A stretch of DNA of 49,459 bases, counting the filler, from Basidiobolus ranarum (lineage: Eukaryota): assembly GCA_040143965.1 (NCBI GenBank). It is 2 parts of 2 records of this genome, joined end to end, with 100 filler letters (N's around TTAATTAATTAA, not from the genome) between each part and the next. Parts side by side here need not be neighbours in the genome. Positions count along the whole stretch, not along the records: positions 24,852 to 49,459 come from JASJQH010000149.1; 1 more part is not named here. One strand, written 5' to 3'. Positions 25,500 to 35,990 of the stretch are shown in pieces (within the stretch, counting starts at the first letter, position 1; each line of letters starts with the position of its first letter). The notes beneath the pieces were generated by a model. It saw nothing but the letters and a program-made list of their open reading frames with translations. It was not told where the DNA came from and made no database searches. The translations under genes were made by a program, and so were the position numbers.

Positions 25500-27220
25500 A
25501 ATATCACTAAATTGGATCTGTATAAGGGTTGCATATGTAGAAAATATCACAGATAGCCATTTTGAAGCTCTTGAGAAATCAAATCCACTCAGATTTTTGC
25601 CCCAATTCATTCCAACCTATATGGCACCATGAAAAATATCTTACCTGGTGGCAAAAGGTTCTTTGGGACTTTTATAGATGTCATAACTAACTATAATTGG
25701 GCATACTTTCTTAAATCAAAATCTGAAGCCTTAGCTACATTCTAGCACTACAAAGCACTATCAGGAAGAAAGCCAATTGGTATCAAATGGGTGTACAAAG
25801 TCAAAAACCAAGCTGATGGAATCATAGAAAGGTTCAATGCAAGATTAGCTGCACATGGCTATTCTCAGACTTGTGGAGTTGATATCAATAAAATATTTCC
25901 TCTAGTAGCTATGTTTAGCTCCATTTGATCAATCAAGGCATTCTCAGCCATCCATAACCTTTATTTACATCAAATAGATGGAAAAACAGCCTTTCTGAAT
26001 GGAAATCTAGAAGAAGAGATTATATGGAGCAAACAGATCAATTTGTTGACCCAAAACACCCTGATATGGCCTGTGTACTGCAAAAAGTGCTATATGGAGT
26101 CAAGTAAGCACCCCGGGCATGGTACACAAATAGATGCACATTTGAAATCACCAGGCTTCCAAAAATACACAGCTAATCACTGCATTTACAGCAAAACAGC
26201 CCAAAATGGGATTGTGATCTGGGCACTATATGTGGACAACATGATTATAGCCATAAATAATCCAGAGGCACTTAATCCAAAAAAGAAAAGCATATCTAAC
26301 CAATTTCAGATGACTGATTTGGATGAATGAGATTATTTCCTTGGAATCCAAATCACAAGAGATAAACGCAATCAGAAAATAATGCTAATCAGTATAGATG
26401 CATCCTAGCCATCCTAAAATTCTTCAACATGAAAATATCAATCCTGTATCAATACAAATGGAATGCAATATGAAATTAATGAAACTATGATCCAATTTGG
26501 CCCAAAATGACTCAAATCAAAGCCAGGAGTTCCCTTATTAATCTATGATGGGTAGTTAAATGTATACAATGGTTGGAACACATCCAGACATTGCTGTGGC
26601 AGTGGGAACTATCAGTCAATATATCAAAAGTCCAGGATTTGAGCATAAAGCTGTGGTAAAGCAAATATTCAGATATTTGAGAGGAATAGTAGATCCAGTT
26701 CTTGTATACTCTGGCACTCCTGATGCATAAACTTTTGAAGGCTACAGTGTTGCAGACTAGGGAAGAAACCTTGATGATAGAAGATCCACCACAGGGTACA
26801 CTTTTCTCTATGGTCATGGCAATATAACTTGTGAAAGTAAGAAGCAACAAACCATAGCACTTTCCACTACAGAAGCAGAGTATATGGCTGCCTCTGCTAC
26901 TACACAAGAAGCTATGTGGTCAAGGAAGTTATTTACAGACTTAGGATAAATGCAAAAACAAGCTATTACTGTGTATCAACATAATCAAATTTGTATTTGA
27001 TTAGCTAAAAACCCTACATTTCATGTTAAATTTAAACACATAGATACTAGACATCATTTTGTTAGAGAACAATAGAGAATGAAATAGTTGAACTTGTTGA
27101 TGGCCCTACTGAAGAAATGATTGCTGAAATCAAAACCAAGCCTTCAGCCTAAGCACGATTTGAATTATTAAGAGATAAGTTGGGTTCAAGAGAAATCAAA
27201 AATAATTAGTTTAGTGCAAA
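25500..27220 (+). pseudogene. Decayed Ty1/copia pol (integrase fragment, internal deletion, RT, RNase H)
   Basis: YFLKSKSEALATF joined directly to GRKPIGIKWVYKVK..RFNARLAAHGYSQ; LYVDNMII (YVDD decayed); DRRSTTGY, KKQQTIALSTTEAEYMA, KHIDTRHHFVRE; many stops and frameshifts. Confidence 0.9.
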
Positions 27221-27571
27221 TTTTCATATTAGGTAAATAGCAACTCATCAGTTAGTAGTTAGTTTAATCATAGTCTGATTATTAAGCAGTCAATTCTGCC
27301 ATTCAAAAATGTGTGTTTATTGCTCTAATTGATAGAAATATCAATTAGAGCATTGTGACCTATTTTCACTACTTTTTCATAACTTCTCCAAGTTACCTCA
27401 AATTTTCACACACACTTAGCAGGCATGTTTGTGATGATCCAAGCACATCCATTAGTCCTATTTCATAGCAATCTATAAGTATGTCATATTCAATTCAATA
27501 AAATTTAAGTGTCTAATTCACAATTCAAATTTGGTCCAAAATACTGCCAAGTCCCCCAAAAACTTATGTCA
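27221..27571 (+). mobile_element. Family B LTR lying between the upstream pol and the downstream gag
   Basis: Homologous to the reverse complement of 28392-28741; ends ...TTATGTCA and is followed directly by a PBS. Confidence 0.8.
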
Positions 27572-27585
27572 GGTTATAAGCCCCA
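27572..27585 (+). promoter_or_regulatory. Primer binding site, copia half-tRNA-iMet type
   Basis: GGTTATAAGCCCCA immediately after the LTR terminal CA; resembles the GGTTATGGGCCCAG PBS of Drosophila copia. Confidence 0.65.
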
Positions 27586-27599
27586 AGCTAGCAGCTAAA

Positions 27600-28391
27600 G
27601 GAATGTTTACCAGCAACACTACCAATGTTTAACATCTACAGAGAAGTTTGATGGGGAAGACTTTCACCTTTGGAAGTTCCAGATGCAAATGGTGATAGAA
27701 GACAAGAACCTTTGGGATTTGTTAGAGAAGAAGGAATAGAGCCCAAGGGACAACCAGCAGTTATCCATGCCTTTAACAAGAAGCAGAGGAGAGTACTCTC
27801 TACACTTGGTCTACATCTCAGAGACTGTCAATTAAGGCTAATTCAATCAGCCAAAAATGTCCAAGATGCTTTGGAAACACTTGAAGGATTATATAAGACT
27901 AAAAGTCTGGCTTATAGGCTATTTGTTAGGCAAAAATCACCCTCAATTCAGATGAATTCTGATGATACTATGCCTAATCATTAAAATTGGATAAAAACTA
28001 TGGCAGATCAGCTCTTATCCATTACAGCACCTCTGAATAAAGATGACCCAGTTGGGACACTACTTGGGAGCCTGCTTGTCAAGTGTGGGAGCCACACAAT
28101 TGCCCTAGAATCAAGATCTGAGCCATTAACAATGAAATATGTAAGTCCTAGGCTTTTGAAGGAGAAATCAAGGGGATCTGATTCTCTGCAAAATAAAGCA
28201 GATCTGGTATTTTTGGAAGCTGTAAGATGTCCAATAGGCTTCAATAATGATGCCTCTAAAAGGAAATCAATCATCCACAAGTATTGCTAGAAACCTGGCC
28301 ATAAAATCAACAATTGCCAAAAAAGGATTTTTGCAAAGAAGCTAACATTGGAACAAGCAAATCAAGATAGCACCAATAGAGATCATCTGTT
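27600..28391 (+). pseudogene. Decayed copia gag
   Basis: EKFDGEDFHLWKFQMQMVIEDKNLW N-terminal gag motif, LLGSL, degenerate zinc knuckle YC*KPGHKINNC; interrupted at 28392 by an inverted element. Confidence 0.85.
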
Positions 28392-30975
28392 TGATAAAAG
28401 TGCTTAGAGGATTAGGAAGTGTTTTGCACAAGATTTGGATTTGTGAATTAATCATTTAAGTTTTATTAAATTGAATATGTCCTTTTTATAGTTTCCTAGG
28501 AAATAGGACTATTGGATTTATTAGATCACAACAAACATGCCTGTTAAGCATGGGTGAAAATTTAAGGTGATTTGGAGAAGTTTTGAGAAATAGTGAAAAT
28601 TGGTAAAAGTGAACTAATTGATATTTCTATCAATTAGAGCAATAAAACACATTTTTTGAATGACTGAATTGAGTGCTAAATACTCAGAACATCAATAAAC
28701 TAACTACAAAGTAATGAGTTGCTATTTACCTAATTTCAACATTCCCACTCAACTAAATATTGTGCATTTTGGTTACACCTAACTTATATCTTAATAATTA
28801 GATTTGTGCTTTAGCTAAAGGTGTAGTTAAGATGGCAGTAATTGTTTCTTCAATAGGGCAATAGACAAGGTCAATTATATGAATGTCAGCCACTTCTGTA
28901 ACAAGATGATGCCTAATATCTATATGTTTGTTCTAGTGTGAAATGTAGGGTATTTAGCTATTCAAATACATCTTTCATTATCTTTGAATATAGCAATAGC
29001 ACATTTTTGCATGTATCCTAAGCCTGTAAATAACTTCCTTGACCACATAGCTTCTTGCGTAGTAGCAGAGGCAGCCATATAATCTGCTTCTGTAGTGGAA
29101 AGTGCTATGGTTGGTTGTTTCTTACTATTCCAAGTTATGGCTCCATTACCATAGAGAAAAGTGTACCCTATGGTGGATCTTCTATCATCAAGGTTTCTTT
29201 CCCAGTCTGCATTACTGAAGCCCTCAATGTCTTGTGCATTAGGAGTGCAGAGTATTTCAGAACTATGTCCACAGTTCCTTGCAAATATCTGAATATTTGA
29301 TGGACTGCAGTTTTGTGATCAGATCCTGGATTTTTGTGATATTGGCTGACAGTTCTCACTGCCACAGTAATGGCTGTATGTGTTCCAATCATTGTATAGA
29401 TTAAACTACCCACCATGGATTCATAAGGGAACCCCTGGCTTTAATTTGAGTCATGTTGGGCCAAATTGGATGAAAAATAGATTTATTTCTCATTTGGATC
29501 TATTGGAGTTGATACAAGCTTGCTATTTTCCGTGTTGATGTGTTTTAGGTTGTTTTGGATGTATCAAGACCAATTCAGCATGATTTTCTGATTGTGTGTA
29601 TCTGTCATGATTTGAATTCCAAGAAAGTAACTTAATTCACCCATATGAGTGATCCAAGATTGGTTTGATAGGCTGCTTTTAGTCTGATTAAGTGCCCCGA
29701 GATCATTTGTGGCTATGATCAAGTCATTGACATATAGTACCAAGATAAGGATCCTATTTCTGGCTGCTATGATGAAAGTACTATGATCTGTGGTGCATTT
29801 TTGAAATTCTAGTGATTCTAAATACAAGTCTACCTTGTTGTACCATACCCTATGTGCTTGATTGGGTTAATACAGCAATTTTGCAGTTTCCAGACCATAT
29901 CAGGGTGTTTTGCGTGAACAAATCTATCTGGTTGCACCATATAGTTCCATTCTTCCAGATTTTGATTTAAGAAGGCTGTTTTGACATCCATTTAATGTAA
30001 AACAAGGTTATTGATGGCTGAGAGTGCCAGGATTGATAAAATGGCTCTGAACTTGGCTACTGGATCAAAAGCTTCATTCAAATTAAATCCTGGAGTCTGG
30101 GTATAACCTTTTACAACCAATCTTGCTTTGTATCTTTCTATAGTTCCATCAGCTTGGTTTTTGACTTTGTAGACCCTTTGCAACCTATTGGCTTTCTCCC
30201 TGGTGGTAGAGGAACTAGAACCCATGTTTATTGTCCAGAAGTGAAGAAAATGTATCAAACATTACTTTTTCCCATATTTTTGATTCTGGACACTTCAGAA
30301 GTTGATCTAGAGTCTGTGACATGTCACAGAATGCTGCATAAGCATATACATCATCATTGGAAGTGTTTCACTAGTTTACTGGCTTATTTCTCCTTCTGGA
30401 TGATCTTCTGGGTCTAGAATCATCCTCTGACGTAATTGGGACTTGAATTTTGGTTTAACCAGGCTCAGATACAGCTGGAATTTGGGCAGACACTTCCTGA
30501 ATAGTGCTGATTGTGTTTTCTGGAACAAGCCCTGTGCTTTGAGGTGCAACATATGCTTTCCCATCAAAAATCATATCACTACACTTAATTCATTTCTGAT
30601 TTTTGGTGTCAAATAGTCTGTAGGTCTTAGATCCATCATCAAAACCGAGAAGTATGAATTTTCTGCTTTTGGGTTCCAATATAGAGTGTTTTTGAGCTGG
30701 AATTAAGCAGTATGCTATGCAACCAAAGATCCTGAGATGATCCACACTTGGTTTTGATCCATATAGGGCTTCAAATGGAGTAGGATTTTGTGGCAATCTT
30801 GTTAAGCATACATTTTTGACAAAGACTGCAGTGGAGGCAGATTCAACTCAATATTGGTGAACAAACTTTTGATCATGTAACATTGATCTTACCATCTCCA
30901 CTATGGTTCTATTAGCACATTCTGCCACTCCATTTTTCTGTGGAGTATAAGGTACAGTAGTTTGATGCCTAAATT
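28392..30975 (-). mobile_element. 5'-truncated decayed Ty1/copia element (family B): integrase-RT-RNase H, PPT and 3' LTR (28392-28741)
   Basis: TVPYTPQKNGVAE, TPFEALYGSKPSVDHLRIFGC, ERYKARLVVKGYTQ, LYVNDLII, LSTTEADYMA; PPT TTGAGTGGGAA; LTR TGTTGAAATTAGGTAAATAGC...CACTTTTATCA. Confidence 0.9.
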
Positions 30976-31009
30976 TGTGTTAAAACAAAAACTAGGTATT
31001 AGGTAGACA

Positions 31010-31420
31010 GAAATTTGAGAGATTTAGACCTTTGTCAGGATTAGCTTATATGACTATTTAGCTGAGGGAGAGTGTTGAAATTAGCTTTACCTAAGCACCT
31101 ATATAGTCATATATAGTTTAGTACTTAGTTATCCAAAAATTCACTAAGATATTATCCATTATTCTCAATTGAAATTTACTTATAATATTGACACCAACCT
31201 ATAAGTTTTCAGATAAATGGTTTTTTCAAACTTGTGCTAGAAGCCCAAACTTTGCACACATGTTCCTGGGACCATTCTTAACACATTGTACATGTTAGTT
31301 TGTTTACATCTTGACAAAACTATAAATGTCAACTTTCTACTCAATAAATCAATCAGTGAAAAACCACCAATTTTTCTAATTCTCCAAACCACTACCAACA
31401 GGCTCCCAAATACTTTAACA
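31010..31420 (+). mobile_element. 3' end of a family A copia element: pol tail, PPT and 3' LTR (31073-31420)
   Basis: KFERFRPLSGL tail, GAGGGAGAG PPT, TGTTGAAATTAGC...TACTTTAACA. Confidence 0.85.
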
Positions 31421-31504
31421 ATACCTTGGTGAAATATGAAATAGCTAAATCCTAAGCTATATATTATGATATAGATGTTTGGGAAGTGTCAACTTGTGCA
31501 CTGT

Positions 31505-31605
31505 GTGTAGACATTTATAGTTTTGTCAAGATGTAAACAAACTAATGTGTAAAATGTGCTCAAGAAGGTCCCAGGTATATGTGTACAAAGTTTGGTATCT
31601 TTTGG
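31505..31605 (-). mobile_element. Inverted partial family A LTR
   Basis: GACATTTATAGTTTTGTCAAGATGTAAACAAACTAA is the reverse complement of the LTR core at ~31295-31331. Confidence 0.75.
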
Positions 31606-32056
31606 AGATTCTGTGCTTCAATAATCAGCTTTAAACGCACTGAGGGGTATGTCAAGCACAATTTGAACTTCAGTAAAATTATAAATTATAGTTGATAGTA
31701 CTAATTGCAACTGTGAAATGATCGTGACAAGCCAGTTGAATTTCTCACACAATCACAGCTTTGTACCATAAACCGGAATTTAGCATAAATATTAAAAGTG
31801 GGGAATGGGGAATCGGGGAGAATCGGAAAGTGTGATAGTAATGTTAGCATAAAGCATGAATTAAACCTAGTACAACTCTTCGATTCCCAACCCTAATCCA
31901 GTTTGGTAATGATAAGCATCAACTTTCATTCAAAGCACGCTGGAACTCTAATCCTATTGGTGTCATATCATTGGGTAAACAATACTGAAATCTAATGTTT
32001 TATTTTCACATGTAGTATAAATGGGGCCGAGGCCAATCAGAGGGATGAGGAGGATT

Positions 32057-33524
32057 TTACAAGATTGCTTCAATGACTTGGATACCCTCTTTCTCCAGGG
32101 CCTCCATGATAGGATTGTTGATTTCAGGGGTCATAGGAGCCAAGACACCAGTCTCGGTTAGGACGCCATCCAAAATCTGATTGACTGCAATAGCGCATGG
32201 GATACCAACAGTCTTAGCCATGGCACTTGGGCCGTTGGGCTCTCCATACTCTAATAGGGTTGATGTACGAGTTTGCTTGGTTCCATCAGCAAGTTCCACT
32301 TCGAATTTGTGTTGCAACATGACCATATCTCTTTCTCCCTCTTCATATGCCATCTTCTCTTCGAGAGTAGCGCACAAGGTATCAAGATAGGTACCACGCT
32401 TAGTGACAAATTTGTCAGAGAACAAATCGAGCCACTTCATACCACTGAGGATTCTTTGAACTTGAGCTTCATCTTTCTCGCTAATCTTGGCTCTAACGGC
32501 AGACTCTAATTCTCCTTCAGTAGTAGCAGAGACACCAATCAATTGAGAGAGAACCGACTTCCAAGCCACATCTTGGGAGCTGGCTTGGAGGTACTCTTGC
32601 TCGCTATCATCCAAGAAGCCGATATCAACAAGGGCCTTAACAAACTTAGGGAAACCTTGATAACGTAAAGTTCCACGAATGATGGTTTGGGCCTCAGGAA
32701 TATGGTATCTTTCTTTATAAGGAGTAGAGTCACGATTAGCATAACCCTCAAATGCAAAGGCTGGGTAAATGTAAAGTGGTTTTGCAGAATCCATGAGCTC
32801 AGGTCCTGGAATCTCCACTACTTTGCCATCTTCGTAGAATTTAGCAGTATTACGTAAAGCCAACAGGACACCTCTAGATGACCAACTGAACTTGTAGCCT
32901 AAAGGGTTATTGGAAGCTTCAGGGGCAGGGAGACCACCACAGAAAGACAAGAAGGAGAGGATCTTGCCTCCTTCTTTGTGTACTTCGTCAATAGTCTTGA
33001 CGGCATATAAATGATCTATTCCAGGGTCAAGACCGATTTCGTTCATGATGGTGACACCAGCCTTTTTGGCCTCTTCATCATAAGCCATCATGGCAGGAGA
33101 AACATAACTGGTAGTGACGACGTTCTTCTTGAACTTGACAGCAGATTTGATAACAGTAGCATGGTGAATGTATGGAATCAAACTGATGACCAAGTCGTGT
33201 TGTGAAACTGCCTCGTCAATAGACTGCTCGTTGTTTACATCAACGGAAATGGCAGAAGTTCCAGGGAATTGACTAGCAAGGCTTTGGGCGTTTTCAATAC
33301 GTCTACAACCTGTTACTTTGTTAGATTCATCTCAGAAATCGACATACTCTCAAATAAAATGCGTACCGATAGTGATTTTGTTCTCAGCACGTCTGGTAAG
33401 ATACTCGACGCAAGGACCAGCGACGTATCCAGAACCAAGAAGAAGGATTTTACTAGTCAAAACGAGAATATTAGCAAGTTGTAGATAAAGCAAAAGACGA
33501 GTTGAACTTTTACCGGTCAGCCAT
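32057..33524 (-). CDS. LYS9: Saccharopine dehydrogenase (NADP+, L-glutamate-forming; saccharopine reductase), 2 introns
   Basis: MADR|KILLLGSGYVAGP..., VISLIPY, VTTSYVS, NEIGLDPGIDHLYA, SFCGGLPAPE, NPLGYKFSWSSRG, RGTLRYQGF, SAMAKTVG. Confidence 0.96.
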
Positions 33525-34229
33525 TTTGATGTAGTTAGAGAGCTGAGTGTTCCTTAGCCGAGTCCAGTCGCCCTCTTTTAAATGAGTGAGATTGTGTGCG
33601 TAATATAACGATCAGATTCGATATACCAAATTAAGTAATCCCTCGGAATGCGGTTGCTAATGTTGAACTCAATATGAAAGTAAATCTATGATGAACGTGT
33701 GGGTAAGAATTACTCATAGTTAGTTGGGATGAGTACGAGAGTTTCAAATAATAAAATAAATTACCCACTGATCTGAGCAAAGAACCGATTAACTGATTAG
33801 CCGATTTTCATACCGTGTTTGATGTGGCAATATTTGAGATAAGCGGGTATATGCACGAGGAGGGTACTGCTAAATATTCAAGTGTCATAGGTACGTACAG
33901 TACATACCTCCAATAAATATGTACCTGTGTAACACTGTTACGTATATATTACCACGGCCATGGGGGGTTGGGTTTTATCGTCACATGGTCACTGATAAGT
34001 GGCATCTCACCTATTTTATCTAGCTCTCATCCTAATTATGAATTTCTTATTCCAAGTTATTTCTCTTATTTATATTTAGTATTTACATTTATAAATAGTT
34101 ATTGCTCATTTTTGTATCTAATTTCAACTGATAGTCATTTGGCAGTTTAAGAAACAATACTCAACACTAGTGCTCATAACTGATTCTCTTCTTATGCATG
34201 CATTTCTCAAATGATAATATCTCTGTATT

Positions 34230-34549
34230 TGTTAAAGTATTTGGGAGCCTATTGGAAGTGGTTTGGAGAATTAGAGAAATTGGTGGTTTTCACTTATTGA
34301 TTTACTGAGTTGAAAGTTGACATTTATACTGTTGTCAAGATGTAAGAATACTAACGTGTAGAATGTGTAAAGGAGGGTCCCAGGAACATGTGTGCTAAGT
34401 TTGGGGCCTCTTTGAAAAATCTATATATCTTCAAACTTCCAAGTAAATTCCTTGTGAGAATAATGGGTAATATCTTAGTTCAATATAAGATAACTAAATA
34501 CTAAGCTATATATGACTATATAGGTGTTTAGGCAATGCTAAGTTCAACA
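34230..34549 (-). mobile_element. Solo family A LTR with 5-bp target site duplication
   Basis: TGTTAAAGTATTTGGGAGCC...GCAATGCTAAGTTCAACA flanked by GTATT (34225-34229) and GTATT (34550-34554). Confidence 0.92.
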
Positions 34550-34570
34550 GTATTCACCCCATGCAGTAAC

Positions 34571-34952
34571 TGTCGAAGTATTTTGGGAGTTGTTGGAGAT
34601 GGTTTGGAGATGTAGAAGGAATTGATGGTTTTCACTTATTTATGTAGTTTTGTCAAGGGGTAAGCAAACAAACGTGTATAATGTGTTAAGGAAGGTCCCA
34701 GGAACATGTGTGCAAAGTTTGGGGCCGCTAGGACAATTTATCAAAATGTACATATTTTCAAACTTCTAAGTAAATTCCTCTTGAGAATAGTGGCGAAATT
34801 AACGTTGCCTAAACATCTGTATGATCATCTATAGCTTAGTATTTAGTTATTCTATATTGAGCTAAGATATCACCCATTATTCTCATAAGGAATTTACTTA
34901 GAAGTTCTCAGATATATAGATTTTTCAAAGAAGCTCCAAACTTTGCACAAGT
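34571..34952. mobile_element. Two older partial family A LTRs in opposite orientation (- 34571-34790; + 34791-34952)
   Basis: Diverged matches to the LTR 3' part (minus strand) and 5' part (plus strand), joined back to back. Confidence 0.75.
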
Positions 34953-35990
34953 GATATTTTCCCTAACATTTTCATAATTCACTGAATAGCGGTGAAGAAG
35001 ATGCATACACTCCTTTATAAGAAGTAATGATACCTATTTACATATTGGTTGACATCCTGATATGCCATATAAAATGAGGAGTGCTGACATACTAATATGC
35101 TATATACAATGTGCCTGTTGAATGCGTTTCCATCTGAGGCTTAGCGTCATATAATCACATATTCGTAGAGAAATGTGCTAATTGAGATCCTGTGAATTAT
35201 TTCTCCATGAAATTCTGAACCTATGGATATTTTCCTTTGAGCTATGTCATCCTCCCCTAACGTTTTGTACATACGGATATTTTCTTTTGTCCCTCTCGCT
35301 ATTATTTTCTATTAAACAGTTATCAGAAACTGCTCCTTATTGCTATGTACAACTAATGACGATGACGCATATTCTATTGATTTTCTTTTGACTGTGAAGA
35401 GCGCGCCAGGGATTTAGTGACAAAACTTGGACATTTATCATTGAATAGTTCTGGAGGTACAAACAAACGTATCTGGACATGTCATTTGATTATAAAAAAA
35501 ACTTAGCTGACCTAAAAACTTTCAAGTAATACCAACCCACACGCATCAGGTATTTCACTGGTATTTCACTGCCTAAGCTTCACTGTTAAATTTTCTTGAG
35601 TCACATTGCATCATTCAGGTAATTATCTATAACCCTTTACTCCCATATTTTACCCCACTTATTCCTATAGTTTTGAACGCTTATCTATCTATCTTTCATG
35701 AGTTATTACTTGTGTTCTGATTAACAATTAAGAATCAATACCAATAGAAACTATAATAAATAACCTTGAGCAGTCCATAATTGATCATCTCTGTTGGGAA
35801 ATCTTCTCTAATTTAATTAAAATCCGATTGGTGGTACCTTTTTTTTACCTATCCATTTCAAGGCGGCTGACCAAAAATTACTATGCATTTACATATTAAA
35901 GGGTTATCTGTATTGTTAAATAGATTTACGTTAGCCACTCCATAGTAATTACTTTGACCCTTCCGCTCTTTACGGCTTTAACATTTCACA

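Noticed and set aside
32057-33524. Spermidine synthase-LYS9 fusion as in basidiomycetes
   Set aside because: The gene has its own ATG at 33524, and I saw no spermidine synthase exons upstream.
35400-35990. Cobalamin riboswitch upstream of metH
   Set aside because: I could not find a B12-box or the conserved core. An Infernal scan with Rfam cobalamin models would be decisive.
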